A stretch of DNA of 64,000 nucleotides from Klebsormidium nitens (Eukaryota; Plantae; Klebsormidiophyceae), in the NCBI GenBank assembly GCA_000708835.1, contig DF237051.1, forward strand, positions 124,001 through 188,000, read 5' to 3'. The position numbers were made by a program, and so were the translations under genes. The notes under the pieces are model-generated. The model made no database searches and was not told the DNA's origin. It saw only the letters and a list, made by a program, of their open reading frames with translations. The number at the start of each line of letters is the position of its first letter. Positions within the stretch are counted from its first letter, which is position 1. Positions 1-12,100 of this stretch are shown one piece after another.

Positions 1-192
1 CTTTCAGAAGAGTCGCAAGACACAATCATACGAGCAGAAGAGACCCCTACAGTAGTGTCTGCAGCCCAAAACCGTGCTAAACAGGGTCATGAACAAATGC
101 CCAAGATTTGATTCCGTCGACCGTTTCCTATCAGTATCCTTCATCCTTGAAAGAGTCGTAAATCTGAATCTTCTATAAATGTTTGCCCTTAC

Positions 193-3100
193 GTGCACGT
201 CGGAGATGCTGGCGGGGCTGCAGTGCTCCGCGACCCGCATCGCGTTCCCCCAGTCCTGCTGGTGCACGTACATGTCGATCGCCTCCTTCGGCTTTTCCGC
301 CTTGATGAACTCCTCCTCCGCTTCTTTGAAGCGTCCCTCGTCTTCCAGCCACATCGCGTGTTTTAGATGCACCTGCATGGTCGAGACCGGAGGTTTGGAG
401 GATGTCAAGAACCTGGAACTCTATCTGTCTTGCCGTTTGTACCTTACAGAGCTTCGGGTCTTGATGGAGCTCCCCTCCGATTGGTTGGACCGGATCGAGT
501 CCTCCAGCCACATTGCGTGCCTTTGGTGCACCTGTTCAGAGCAGAGCTCTTTGTTATGTGCGCATAGGAGCAAGCCTTCCTAGTATTTCAAAGTGGTTCT
601 GACATTTCTTTCACCAAAGGATTCCTGACAGAACTGGAAGTCGTCCTCGAACAACATCGGTTGTAAAATATCCTTGATTCGGAGTTGAAGAAGTCTGCAA
701 GTCCACTTTTTCAGTCTCGACTAGTAACAACCGTCTCCCTCCAGCCACATCGGGTAATCCAGTTTAACCTGCGCAATCCGCTTTCGGAAAAGTTCTTTAA
801 GCGGGTCCCGAGGGTTTGGAATGTTAGATCTTTTAGATCAGAACGGTCCTCTTTTCCATTTGGACGTGAAAGTCAAAAAGTTTCGCGTCAAAAATGCATT
901 GGCGTGCAATGCATCGCCCTCTGTGCGATTGACAGACAGGAGAACGTTTCGTAAAAAGATGATGTCCTACCTCCAGTAGCTTGTGTTTGGCGGACGAGCG
1001 GCACAGCTCGAACGCGTGTGTGAACGCGTTGTTCTCGACCGCGTAGTCGATTGCCTGGTCCACCAAACCCAACTTGGTTAGCAGCGCCGCGCCCGCGTCA
1101 CCGCCCAGGCTGGAAGCCCACGCATACGCAACCTGGGTCAAGCAGAGAAAATTGGGTTAGTGAACAGCGCTTGGAAAAGTACTCGTTTGTCTGAAAATCT
1201 GCCTGTGCTAAAAATGCAGTCTTCTGATTCGGGCCTTGCAGCGGGGCGCAAGAGTTTCTCGGACTTCGTGCGTCGTGGACTGGAACGGAAGATTGATTGA
1301 ATGATTGTAAGAGGAATTGACAGCAGCAAAACAGGAGCGATCAGATAACCTGGTCAAAGCTGCTAAATCAGCAGCTGACCGCGGCCGCGTATGGCCTCAT
1401 GGAATGAGATCTTGTGCGAATTTGGCAACCAGACACGACTACCTGGAAGACCGAGACATCTAAGCTGCGGAACACTCCGACGGACGACAAAGACATGTTC
1501 CGGTTCCTTTCTAAATTGATGTTCTTGACGCATCCGAGCACGCAAGGTGGGACAAGAACAAGCATCGACACGCCGCTAACGTGCCCGGCTAACCTGCTTG
1601 GACGCCGCGGGCCCGCCCAATGTCTTGGCGACACGTGTCGCGTCCTCCCAGAGGTTGTTGGCGCGGTACATCTGGACCGCGCTCTTCCAGTCGCCCGCGT
1701 CGCAGTAGTGCGCCTCCGCCTCGCGGAAGTGGCCGCTCGCCTCTAGTTGCTGCGCCAGCGCCACGTGGGTCTCGGGGAGCAGCTCGGGGCGGTACTTGGC
1801 AACCAGCCTGAGAAAAAAGACAAAATATCATTTACTTATTTATTCAGACTATGCGCATCTCTGGCACTGAGCTTAACGACGTGTCGCTTCTCAAGTGAGA
1901 GGCTGAAGTGTCAGCTTTTTCAAAGTAGAAGAGACGATTTGGGTCGGCCTCTTGCTCTGAAGCGAGAAGGAAACGAGGAATTCTCTGTTGTTTCTCGAGT
2001 TATTGGGAAAGACTATTTTGGAAGAGTGGATTCTAGAGAAGACTCCGGTCATTGCTTCGGAAGCTTGATATCGTCCATACCATCTCGAAACGCATGTCTG
2101 ACAAAAAGTTCCGTCTTAATGCCCAAACTGTAGCAAGTTAAGCAGAAACTTCGCTATATTCGACGGAAAGGACATGGAACAGAGGGAGGCAGCAAGAGAC
2201 TGCTACTTGATGCGAGCGTAACTCAGAAACTTGTCCAAACGCTTCGTATTCTCTACTCTAGTGCCAATCAAAGCTTCCAGAAAGCTGCAAGAATGATGGC
2301 GGAAAGGTAGAGACATGAAACATCACATTTTGAACGTTAGAAAAGGTAATTTCGCCCACCTGACCATGTTGTCGAACATCTTGTTCTTCTTGTACATGTT
2401 GATGGCCGCGTCGTACTCCTTGACCTCCACGTACATCTTCTCCGCGTCCTTGTGCCGCCCCTCCGCCTCCAGCTCGCGCGCGCGCCGCGTGAACAGCGCG
2501 GCCGCCTCCGCCTCCGAGCCGAAACGCGCGGCCACCTGCTCAGAGGAAGAACAATTCCAAGCTTATCGGGCAGTATCTCAAGCCCTGTACGTAGATCACT
2601 CTTTTCTGTTTCGGCATTTGTTAAATTCATGTTGGTTCCAATATCAGAGTCCTCTTTCTTAAGCGGTATGCCAGATCCACTTTGCGATGAACGTTCTCAA
2701 CTTCCGGTTACTGGTCCTTTCAGCACGTAGCTTCGAAAATCGTCAACATGGATGCGTCTGCGTACTGCATGTACGGAAACGCTGCTGCCGGAAAGAAGCG
2801 CCTTCAGCATCGTGAAACGTGGGTTTTGCGTGCACGCTTAATACAGAGGTGGATCCTTTGCGGCTCTTGCACACAGGGCGATGGGTCGGGTGGGAGATCG
2901 AGGGGCTGAATAGCAACATTCTTCTGATCATTCTAAACAGCCCATTTGCAGTGTAAGAGTCCAACCCGTCATTCTCAGCAGATGAATACCTCCCAAGCAA
3001 GAGTAGGCAAGACTTCGAACTGGCCTGATTAGATGATGACGGCGATTCGACCCAAAACAAAGCGCGAAAGAAGCAGGGAAGAAGGCCATTGCGCTCGCGG

Positions 3101-6100
3101 TGCGCGCGCAACTTACTCGGTGCGCGGCGTCCCACTTGTTGGCGCGCGTGTACATCTCGACGGCGTCCCCGGGGAGCTTGGCGCGGATGAAAAAGCGCTC
3201 CGCGTCCTCGTAAGCTTTGGAAGCTTCGAAGTGGCGCGCCAGCCGCTTATAATACGGCAGGGCGACCTGCATACGAGGAGCCACAGTTAATAAGAGGGGC
3301 ACCCGTTTGAAACCAACAGAAGACCCTCACGTACACCACGAGGCTAAAATTGGAACGCGTCCGAGGTTGAGCTCTGTCCCGTTTTCCTTCAAACCACCAT
3401 GAAGCAACACAGCTTCACTAAAACATTCCCGTTCCGAGCGCCGACAGGCCCGCGCGCGCGGTCGCCGTCGCAAAACCCTTCCAGCCCCTCACTCGTCTTT
3501 CTGTGCCTCGAGCATCTACACCGCGCGCGGCCACTCGAGCGAAAACTAACAAAACCCCCGTCACAGAATCCACTTTATTAAACCCGAAACCCCTCACCTT
3601 GGCATCCTGCGCCTCGACGATCTGCACCGCGCGCGGCCACTGGCGCGCGGCCATCGCGGCCTCGATCGCCTTGCCCGCGTTGCCGGCCTCGATGAAATGC
3701 GCGATCGCGCCGTCCAGCTGCCGCCGCGCGACCAGCCAGTCGCCCCACTCCTCCTCCAGGGCGACCACCTGCCAAGTTAAGAAGTGGTGTTGGTCGCCGT
3801 TTAATAAGAGATGTCAGTAATATAAGTATTACAACTCTTACGGATAGTACTTAAGGAAGCCCATAAGGGCCTACCGTGTTTGTCTTAGTCGCTTCGATGA
3901 AAGTTTCGTGATTAATCGAGCCTTCGACGCGAGGAAATTTCTCACAGCGGATCGTAAGACTGGTTAGAAGCAGAATGATTAGAACGGTTTTGTGAAGGGA
4001 TTGGTAGCACCAAGTAAATCCGATCTGCTCAAGGTCCAGAGCTCTAAAAGAGGGTCTCGGGGAGAATGAATGCTGAAAGGAGGATGCAGAGGCAGCCGAA
4101 TCGTCTTCCCAACCACTCTCAATTTGCGCAACTTCTGTGCTGCTAACAGCTTCCGCACTTTCTGTGCCGCGGACGCCAGAGGTTTACCCATTTTTTCTCC
4201 TGAATGGTTCTAGATGCCCACCTGTCCGGGGAACGCCCTCCGGGCGAGGTCCACCGCTTTTTTGTATGCTCCGCCCGCCCGGTAGGCGTCCCGGGCCCGC
4301 TCTAGTTGTCCCAGGTGCTCCAAGAAGTCGCCCGCCTTTTCGTGGAGGCCCGCCTTGGACAGCATGGCGCCGATGTTCTCTAGTAGGTCCGCCTGCGCAA
4401 AGTATGAGAAGAGAACTCCTAAAACGTCCAACATTGCGACCCTCTTGTCGTTAACCGACCGATCTGTAAAGGAAGCGCACGTCAGAGCTTGAGCAAACAA
4501 GGTGTTCAGAGGACAGAAACGGCAAATCAAGTGCCGCCAGAGAATTGCGCAAGCTGCGAGGGCAGTTCGTACATCACATAAGCGACTGAGCGGCACTCGT
4601 AAAGCTCCTCTTCCACTTAAGCACATGTTTTCCACCACTTTGATTCAGGTCGCCGCTTTGCCTGGCATTCCCCGTTTCAGGTACAGCGTGATCGGGCGAG
4701 CAGGTCGCCCTCTGCCTCTTTCACTGCCCTAAAACCTTACACACACCAAAATCCGAAAGACTCACCTGGAAAGCAAACGTCGGGTTCTTGGCGACGACCG
4801 CCGCCGCCTTTTCCGGCACTCCCCCTTTTCAGGTTCAGCGTAATTGCGACGATTTTCTCGCCCTCCGCCTCATTCGCCTTCTTAAACCCAATAAAATCCA
4901 ATAAAAACTCCAAAATTTGAAAAGCTCACCTGGAATGCAAACGTCGGGTTTTTGGCGACCACTGCCGCCGCCTTGCCAGGCATTCCCCCCTTCAGGTACA
5001 GCGTGATCGCGGCGAGCAGGTCGCCCTCCGCCTCTTTCACCTCCCCCGCTTTCCCCTCCTGACCCGTTTTGAGCAGCCACTGGAACTGCGTCCGGCGCAG
5101 GTTCTCTTTGTCCGGGTGATTCTTAGCTTCAGCAACCGCGATCGCGTCCTGCCACCTGTATTTGGAACGGTTTGCTTTTGGTTTGCAATTCCAAATCTGG
5201 GTTAGCGAGTGAGGGGTATTATTGTTGTCATCGTTGTATCATCCTTAACCACTGGAACTGCGTCCGGCGCAGGATCTCTTTGTCGGGATGGTTCTTGGAT
5301 TCCACAATCGCGATCGCGTCTTGCCACCTTGATAGAGGGCTGCTTCAAGTTTGACCTCCGCGGTCGGGGTGTGTCCTCTTTATTGATACTGCATTCGGCG
5401 CATCAATTGGGTGGTTTTTCAGCTCCCGCAACTGCGGCCGAGTCCTGACGCTTAAGGACATTGGGTCTAACGAGTTTTTGGTATTTGAGGTTCACTATGC
5501 TTTCTGTGACCGCGACGCTTGGTGTGAACTGCCTCCCTTCCTGGAAACCGACTCTACTTCATGTTTCTTCTACTCTTGTCACTTCTCGTTTCACATCTCA
5601 AAAGTCCTGCAAATAGAGACCATTGTGGGGAGCACATGCTTCGCCGTGTTTCTGATTCAGTATATCCCCCCTCGTTTGCTTTGCGCGTTGTACTGGGCTG
5701 TAGGACTTAATTTGCTGACCGGTCCGCCCATAAATTATATACGTAGGTAGTAAGAATAAGTGTCACGAAAGATTCTTCCTCTTTTCAGCAGCTCGCCTCC
5801 ATTTCATCCAGCGCATGCCCGCCGAAGTACCATATCAGGAGCCCTTCACACCCAAGAGAAGCCTACCTGTGGACTTTGGTGTGAATGGCGACGGGTCCGC
5901 CACTTTTCCTTGCTCCAGCAAGATTCCTTCCGCTGCTTTCTATCCAGCTTTTCGCAAAGGTAGGACCTTGTGGAGCGCATTCACATCTACCGGAGCCCTA
6001 CCTGTGGAGGTTGGTGTAAATAACCACCGCGTCCGTCAATTTCCCCTGCTCCAGCAGGATCCCCTCCGCCTGCTTCTACTCGTTTCAATCGCTCATAGTG

Positions 6101-9100
6101 AAATGATCTGAGTGCATTCACACGCCACCCGTTCCTACCTGTGGAGGTTGGTGTACATAGCCACCGCGTCCGCTACTTTCCCCTGCTCCAGAAGAATCCC
6201 CTCGGCCTGCTTCCACTCCTTCCGCAGCATCGCCATGCGCGCGCGCACCAGGAAGAAGTCGGTACCGTCGCCGCCCGTCTCCGCGGCCGCGCGCCGCCGC
6301 AGCTTGTTCACCTGAGGCGACAATGCAAGAACTTGATTGCCTCTCGTACATTCTTTCAACGCTTCCGCTCCATACTGTGGGATTGATTTGCTTGCGCAAA
6401 ATACACAATGCATGCCATCATTCTCAGTGGATCAGAATGCTCGTGAGATAAAGGTTCGACGAGGCAACTGGAAGGCATACTCGAAATAAGATCCCTTTGC
6501 GCTGCCGGAAATCGGCCACATTCAGAGTTGGGGCTCTATATCTCAATAAGGCGATACATTTCTTCTCTGTATTGTCATCTAGTTCGTCCCCTCGCATTCT
6601 AACTCACGCAGCCGCCTTTACGTGGTTCTAGCGTACTGTCAGAATTGACAAAGGGTCTGAACTACTCCAAATAGACTGGGTATTTAGGCATAAAAAATCC
6701 CGAAGCTTTTGAACTTCGAAGGACTAACCTACAAGCAAAAATGCCAACGCGTCTCACCTTGTGGAGGAAGCGCGCGCGGGGCGCGTCGCCAAGGGCCGCG
6801 TAGCAGCGCTCTGCCGTCTCTAGTTGCTGCGTATCGAGAGCCAAGGTGCTCAACCGCTGCCAGAGAGCCTGCAAGCAAAGCCAGGGTCAGAAAATGGGTT
6901 TTTTGCGATTGAAGTTGCCCCTTCCGCCATTGCCCCGCCTCCCTTTTACCAAACTCTTTTTCTGCAGCTTCAGGTCAAGATCCCGTTTTCCTTAGGTTCG
7001 CTCCGCTCTATTCCGCACCTTAGTAATCAACTTCAACGGCGGCCGCTCCCGGATGCCGACTGATTGCTCGGAGTCCTTATCTCCTAGGGCACCCCCGAAA
7101 GTCGACGGGCACTTGTCAACTGTGCACCTTCTAGGAGAGTCGTTCCCGCCACCTGAGACATTCCGCTCACCTTGCTTTCCGGCGTCAGCGGCAGCTGCTC
7201 CAAGATGGCGACCGCTCCGTCGAAGTCCCTAACTTCCAAGGCGCCCCCGAACTCGATGAGCGCCTCGTTGGCTTGAGAGGAAAATGGTCCGCTACTGTTA
7301 ATCCGTTCCGCTCACCTTGGTTTCCGGAGTCAGCGGCAGCGGCTCCAAGATGGCGACTTCGCGGCCGAAGTCCCTATCTTCCAGACTGCCCCCAAAGTCA
7401 ACAAGCCATACGTCAATCGTGCAGCTCCTACAAGATTCCGTTCCGCCCACCTTGGTTTCCGGCGTCAGCGGCAGCGGCTCCAAGATGGCGACCGCGCCCG
7501 GTCAAAGTTCCTACCTTCCAAGGCGCCCCCAATCTCAAATGAGCGCCTCGTGGACCTTGGGAAATGATGAGTTCCGCTATAATGATTCGTTCCGCTCACC
7601 TTGGTCTCCGGGGTCAGCGGCAGCGGCTCCAAGATGGCGACCGCCCGGTCGAAGTCCCTATCTTCCAGGGCGCCCCCGAAGTCGATGAGCGCCTCGTCGA
7701 GTGTGTAGCTGACGCTGCTCGCGCCCTCCTCCACGACCACCGCCGTGCGGCCCTTGCCGCGCTCGATGTCCTGGACGTCGCCCTGCGCGGGTTCGCAAGG
7801 TTTAGGGTTCAGGGTTCAGGGTTCATTCCGATCTGGATTTCAGGTTTTATGATAAGGTTTGGGGTTTTTATTCGAGGGTTCAGGAGGGCCGAGACAGTTG
7901 AGAGGGGGTTCCGAACGACGACTGGAGTGCGGCCCTTGCCGCGCTCGGTCGCCCTGCGTGGGTCGCGGGGTTTGAGGTTTAGGGATCAGGAGGGCCAGAA
8001 AATTCTAAAGAGCATTGAATCGTAGCAGCTGTATGACGGACTTGCTGCGCTCGATGTCCTCGAAGTCGCGTCAGACTTGGGCTTTATGATCTAGGAGGGG
8101 CCAGGAGTTTCAAAGGGGCTCGTGATTCATGACAGCAGCGCGGCAAATCCAAAAGGGACGGTTGTAAGCGCGGGTGCGCTCTGTTGAACGACGTCACCGT
8201 CCTTGGACGCGCCCCCCGTGCTTTTGGATTCCAAGAGTCTACGTGGAGATAAAAATCAACGCAGGCGCACGGAGAGAGCTCATTCATCACAGGATGTCGA
8301 TCAAAACAGCAAGCAGTGTCAAAGTTTTCCAGAGGTCACAAGCGTAGAGCTTGCGATACCCAAAATTCGAAAGAAAGAAAGAAAGCACCCTCTTAGTTTT
8401 AGCGCACCTTGATGTTGAAGATCGAGACCTGCTCCGGCTTGTCGATGCTGTACCAGATGCACAGATTGTTCTTGTTCTGCGCCACGATGACGTCACTCTC
8501 GGGTACCCACTGGACGTAGCTGCAGAACGTCAGCAGCGTCGTACGCTCCTGCAGCCGAGACGTGCGAGCGAACGTTACGTCTCGTAAGATGCTATTATGA
8601 AGAAGGAGAGTCTTAAGCTCGTCTGAAATGTACATCGCAAAGTCTGCGTTCGCTTTTCTTTAAGCTCTCAGATCTGACATTTGAAATGTACGATTTGCAT
8701 CCTCTCAATGGAGACTGAGAGGCTAGCAAGCATGGCAGCACTGTGCCACATACAATAAAGAGACGTACAAATTCAAATCAACAACGAACTGAGCCCAAAG
8801 CCTTTCGCACTTCCCCAAAGCCCACAGCCGCAAGCACCAGATTACGAGTGGCTCAACACTGAAAAGCCAGAACCTCAGAAGATTTTAAACAGTAAGATTC
8901 GAGTCTTCTAAGCAGTAACATGCTGCCATTCGCTAACCTGCTTGACCATGTCGAACTGGTGTAGCTGCCGCCGCTTGTCCCGGAACAGCAGGTGGGTCGC
9001 GCGCGGGTTAAGCTCTAACCAGTCCACCTTGCTGTCGTGGTTGATCGCCGCGGCGGTTACGCCGCTAACCAAGTCCAGAACCCGGATGGTGTGCGGGTCA

Positions 9101-12100
9101 ATCACGTGCGCGATTTTCTTGTTCTCGCTAACCGCGCCGTGACCCGCGCTCTGCTCGCGCGCCTCGTTGAGGCACACCGAGATGAGGAACGGGCTGACGA
9201 ACTCCGTACGGCACGTGCCGATGACGTCATTGGCGCCGTACTCAATGAGGCTGAGCTCGCCGGCGTTGTAGATCATGCACACCTGCGCCGAAATTGACAA
9301 AGGTCGTCATGACTGGTTTCTCTCCGGAAGCCTCTCTGATGTTCAGATACATTCTGCATGATATGTGAGGAGTTTTGCTTCTTCCCTCAGGATCAGATCT
9401 ACGCGCCAAGTCTGAGGGTTGCGAGCTTTGCGGGATATCAACTTAGCACGAACGTTCAATATTCATGTTCTGCCGTTTCAGGACCTTCTTCGCGCACTTT
9501 CTTACGAGTCACCTTTATCAGGTATGAGAAATCATATCTTTATAGCTTATATCTTCTTATATTGCCCGCTGCCCAGGCGAGTGTTTTGACTCAAGTACAT
9601 TCGCCGTGTTGGTTGTTGCGTGTTCTTCCCGATTCCGAAATTGGGCAACGTCTCTCCTCATCAAGCTTGTAGCTTTGCGTCAACGTGCGGAGAATGTGGA
9701 CGGAGTGCGATAGAAGTCGCGCATCGCGTTTCTTTGTAGGCTGACCTGCGGGTTTTCAAGCAGAAACTTTTCGTTGCCTCCCCCGCGCCACGGGATCTCG
9801 CTCAGCTTGCAGGTTTCCAGCTGACCCAGTAAGATTGTTTCCGCAGTGCGCGCGATCACGTAGTTATCCTGGTGGATGTTCAGCTTGGTTATCTCCAAAC
9901 CGTAACCCGACCGGACCGCAAGGGAGGCCCCGGTCGACAGGCGCTTCACGATAACCTGCAGGGTTTGCAGAATTGGTTACTGACATGCCGTCTGACAAAG
10001 AGCGTTCTTCCACTGATCGAAAGGATGGAGATACAGCTTGCTCAGGTCAGGCGACTCATGTCATACTAGAACAAGTCCTACCTGCTTCGCTCGTCTTTTT
10101 GAAAGCAGGCGACAGTAGCGTTCCGTTGCCTGAAGACCAAACACAACGGGAAAGCCGACGCAAATCTACCGCCGCAAATTGACATACACGGTACGTGCTC
10201 AGCAGGACAAGCTGGAGCCGTTACGTCACTCATACGCACCTGGCTGTTGCTGACGTAGGTCAGCTCGAACTTGCCCTTGTACTTTTGCTTCCGGACGCAC
10301 GCATCGTACAGATCCACGTTGCCGCACATGCCACCAGTTGTAAGGCGGCTGAAAAACATACCAGAAAGGACTTCAGACACGACGGAACCGATTTTAGATC
10401 TATGATGAAAAGGAACAGCCTATAATTAGAACAGATTTCAATACATTCTTGAGGGAGATTTTACATTTTAGGATTTAGGCATTGACAAGCCTGGCGTTGG
10501 TGCGATCCAAACGATGCGATAGGGTTATGTCCAAGAGTTTGGCTTTGCCTCGAGTTGGGTCCACGTCCAATAGCATCGGAATCTTGGGTTCGCACAAACG
10601 GTCGAACCTCACTTCTCACATCCTTACCCATTCTATTACCCCCCCCCTCCCGATAGCTCCCCCGACGAGCGCAGTCTCGGAAACGTAACAGCCTCTTTCG
10701 CTCAACTAACATAGTCACCGGTCGGTTACTCTTCCGTTCAGTAAGCACTTACGTTCGGTAGTAGCAAATAGCCGGTAACCCGGTTCCTCACCTGCCGTCC
10801 GGTTTCCACGCGAGCGCCGTAACCGTGTACAGGTTATCGATGGCCTTAACCACCACTTCTTCCCAGGCGCCTTTCCGCCCGTTGAACGTGAACACGTCGA
10901 GCCTGCTGAAGCTGCCCAGCACGACGGTGTCGCCGGATGGGTTGAACGCCGCGGACGAGAACTCGCGGACGGTCTGCAGGAGGGAGACACTCGGACGTCC
11001 CGCGTGTCTGAGAATGTGCAGCACGATAACGAAGAGTTGGACGTCCGATCGAGGTACGGAGAAAAACACACGAAGGTTGGGCAGAAGGAAGACGTTCGGA
11101 CGTCCAAGCGACGGATCACTTGAGGGATTTTGCGGCCACCACATATGCACGAGCAGGAGTCAAAACATCGATAGCTGCAGTTCCGGAAAGCACCGGGCAT
11201 CAGATCAGCGGCTCAGGCCTTCCCGTTCGCAGTCGCCGTGTCAATTGCAATAATCACTCCGATGAGAGAAGCATCTTATGCGGCACGAAACAACTGAAAC
11301 CCCACTCAACTATTCCAGAGTTGATACTCTCATTGAAATGTCTGCCATAAGCAAAATTTAGAAGATGGGCCGATAGTTACGGTATGCAACAAACAAGGCC
11401 TTCGTGTACATATAACGCGACAACAGAGAAAGGGGATCTGTTAAACGAAATCGGTGCCGGTCTTGCGATTTTGTGTGAACGATGTGCTCACGTCGTCGGA
11501 CGCATAGTTGAACTGCTGCTGCACCGTTCCATTACCGTCGTACAGCACCATTCTGGAGTCCGTTCCGGCGGCGACCAGGGCCTGGCCCCAGCTAAGGGCG
11601 GTCGGAACACAACCTGCGGAACCACGTGGTTCGATAAAACTGAGTTAGCGAGCGGGCAAGGTTTCCATCTCAAGCCCCGAGAGCAAAGCTAACGGGCATT
11701 GACCTTGACTGTGGTATTCAAACCCGGCAGAGTGCAGTTCCTCACGCCCTGGAGAGGACGGGTACTTCTGTAGGCTGGGAGTTCGTTGTCAACCTTGCGC
11801 AAAATGGCGCAACTATCCTTTGCGTTCTGAACGTTTGCTCAACTTCCTCACACGCCACTTAACCTGCGTTCCCCGCAACAAAGCTACAGCTTTTTCGTCT
11901 GACAAACAAGGTCGTCAAGACCAATCAAGACTTGCCACGTGGAACCGAAACCTCACCATGCTGCGCTATCCGCATCGCCGCGGCTCCGCTGCCCCCGTCG
12001 TCCAAGACGTACCGGTAGATGGATCCGTCCGCATGTCCGCTGGCGACCGCGGACCCGTCCGGACTGCACGCCAGCGACACCACCGGGCTGCCGTCGGGGT

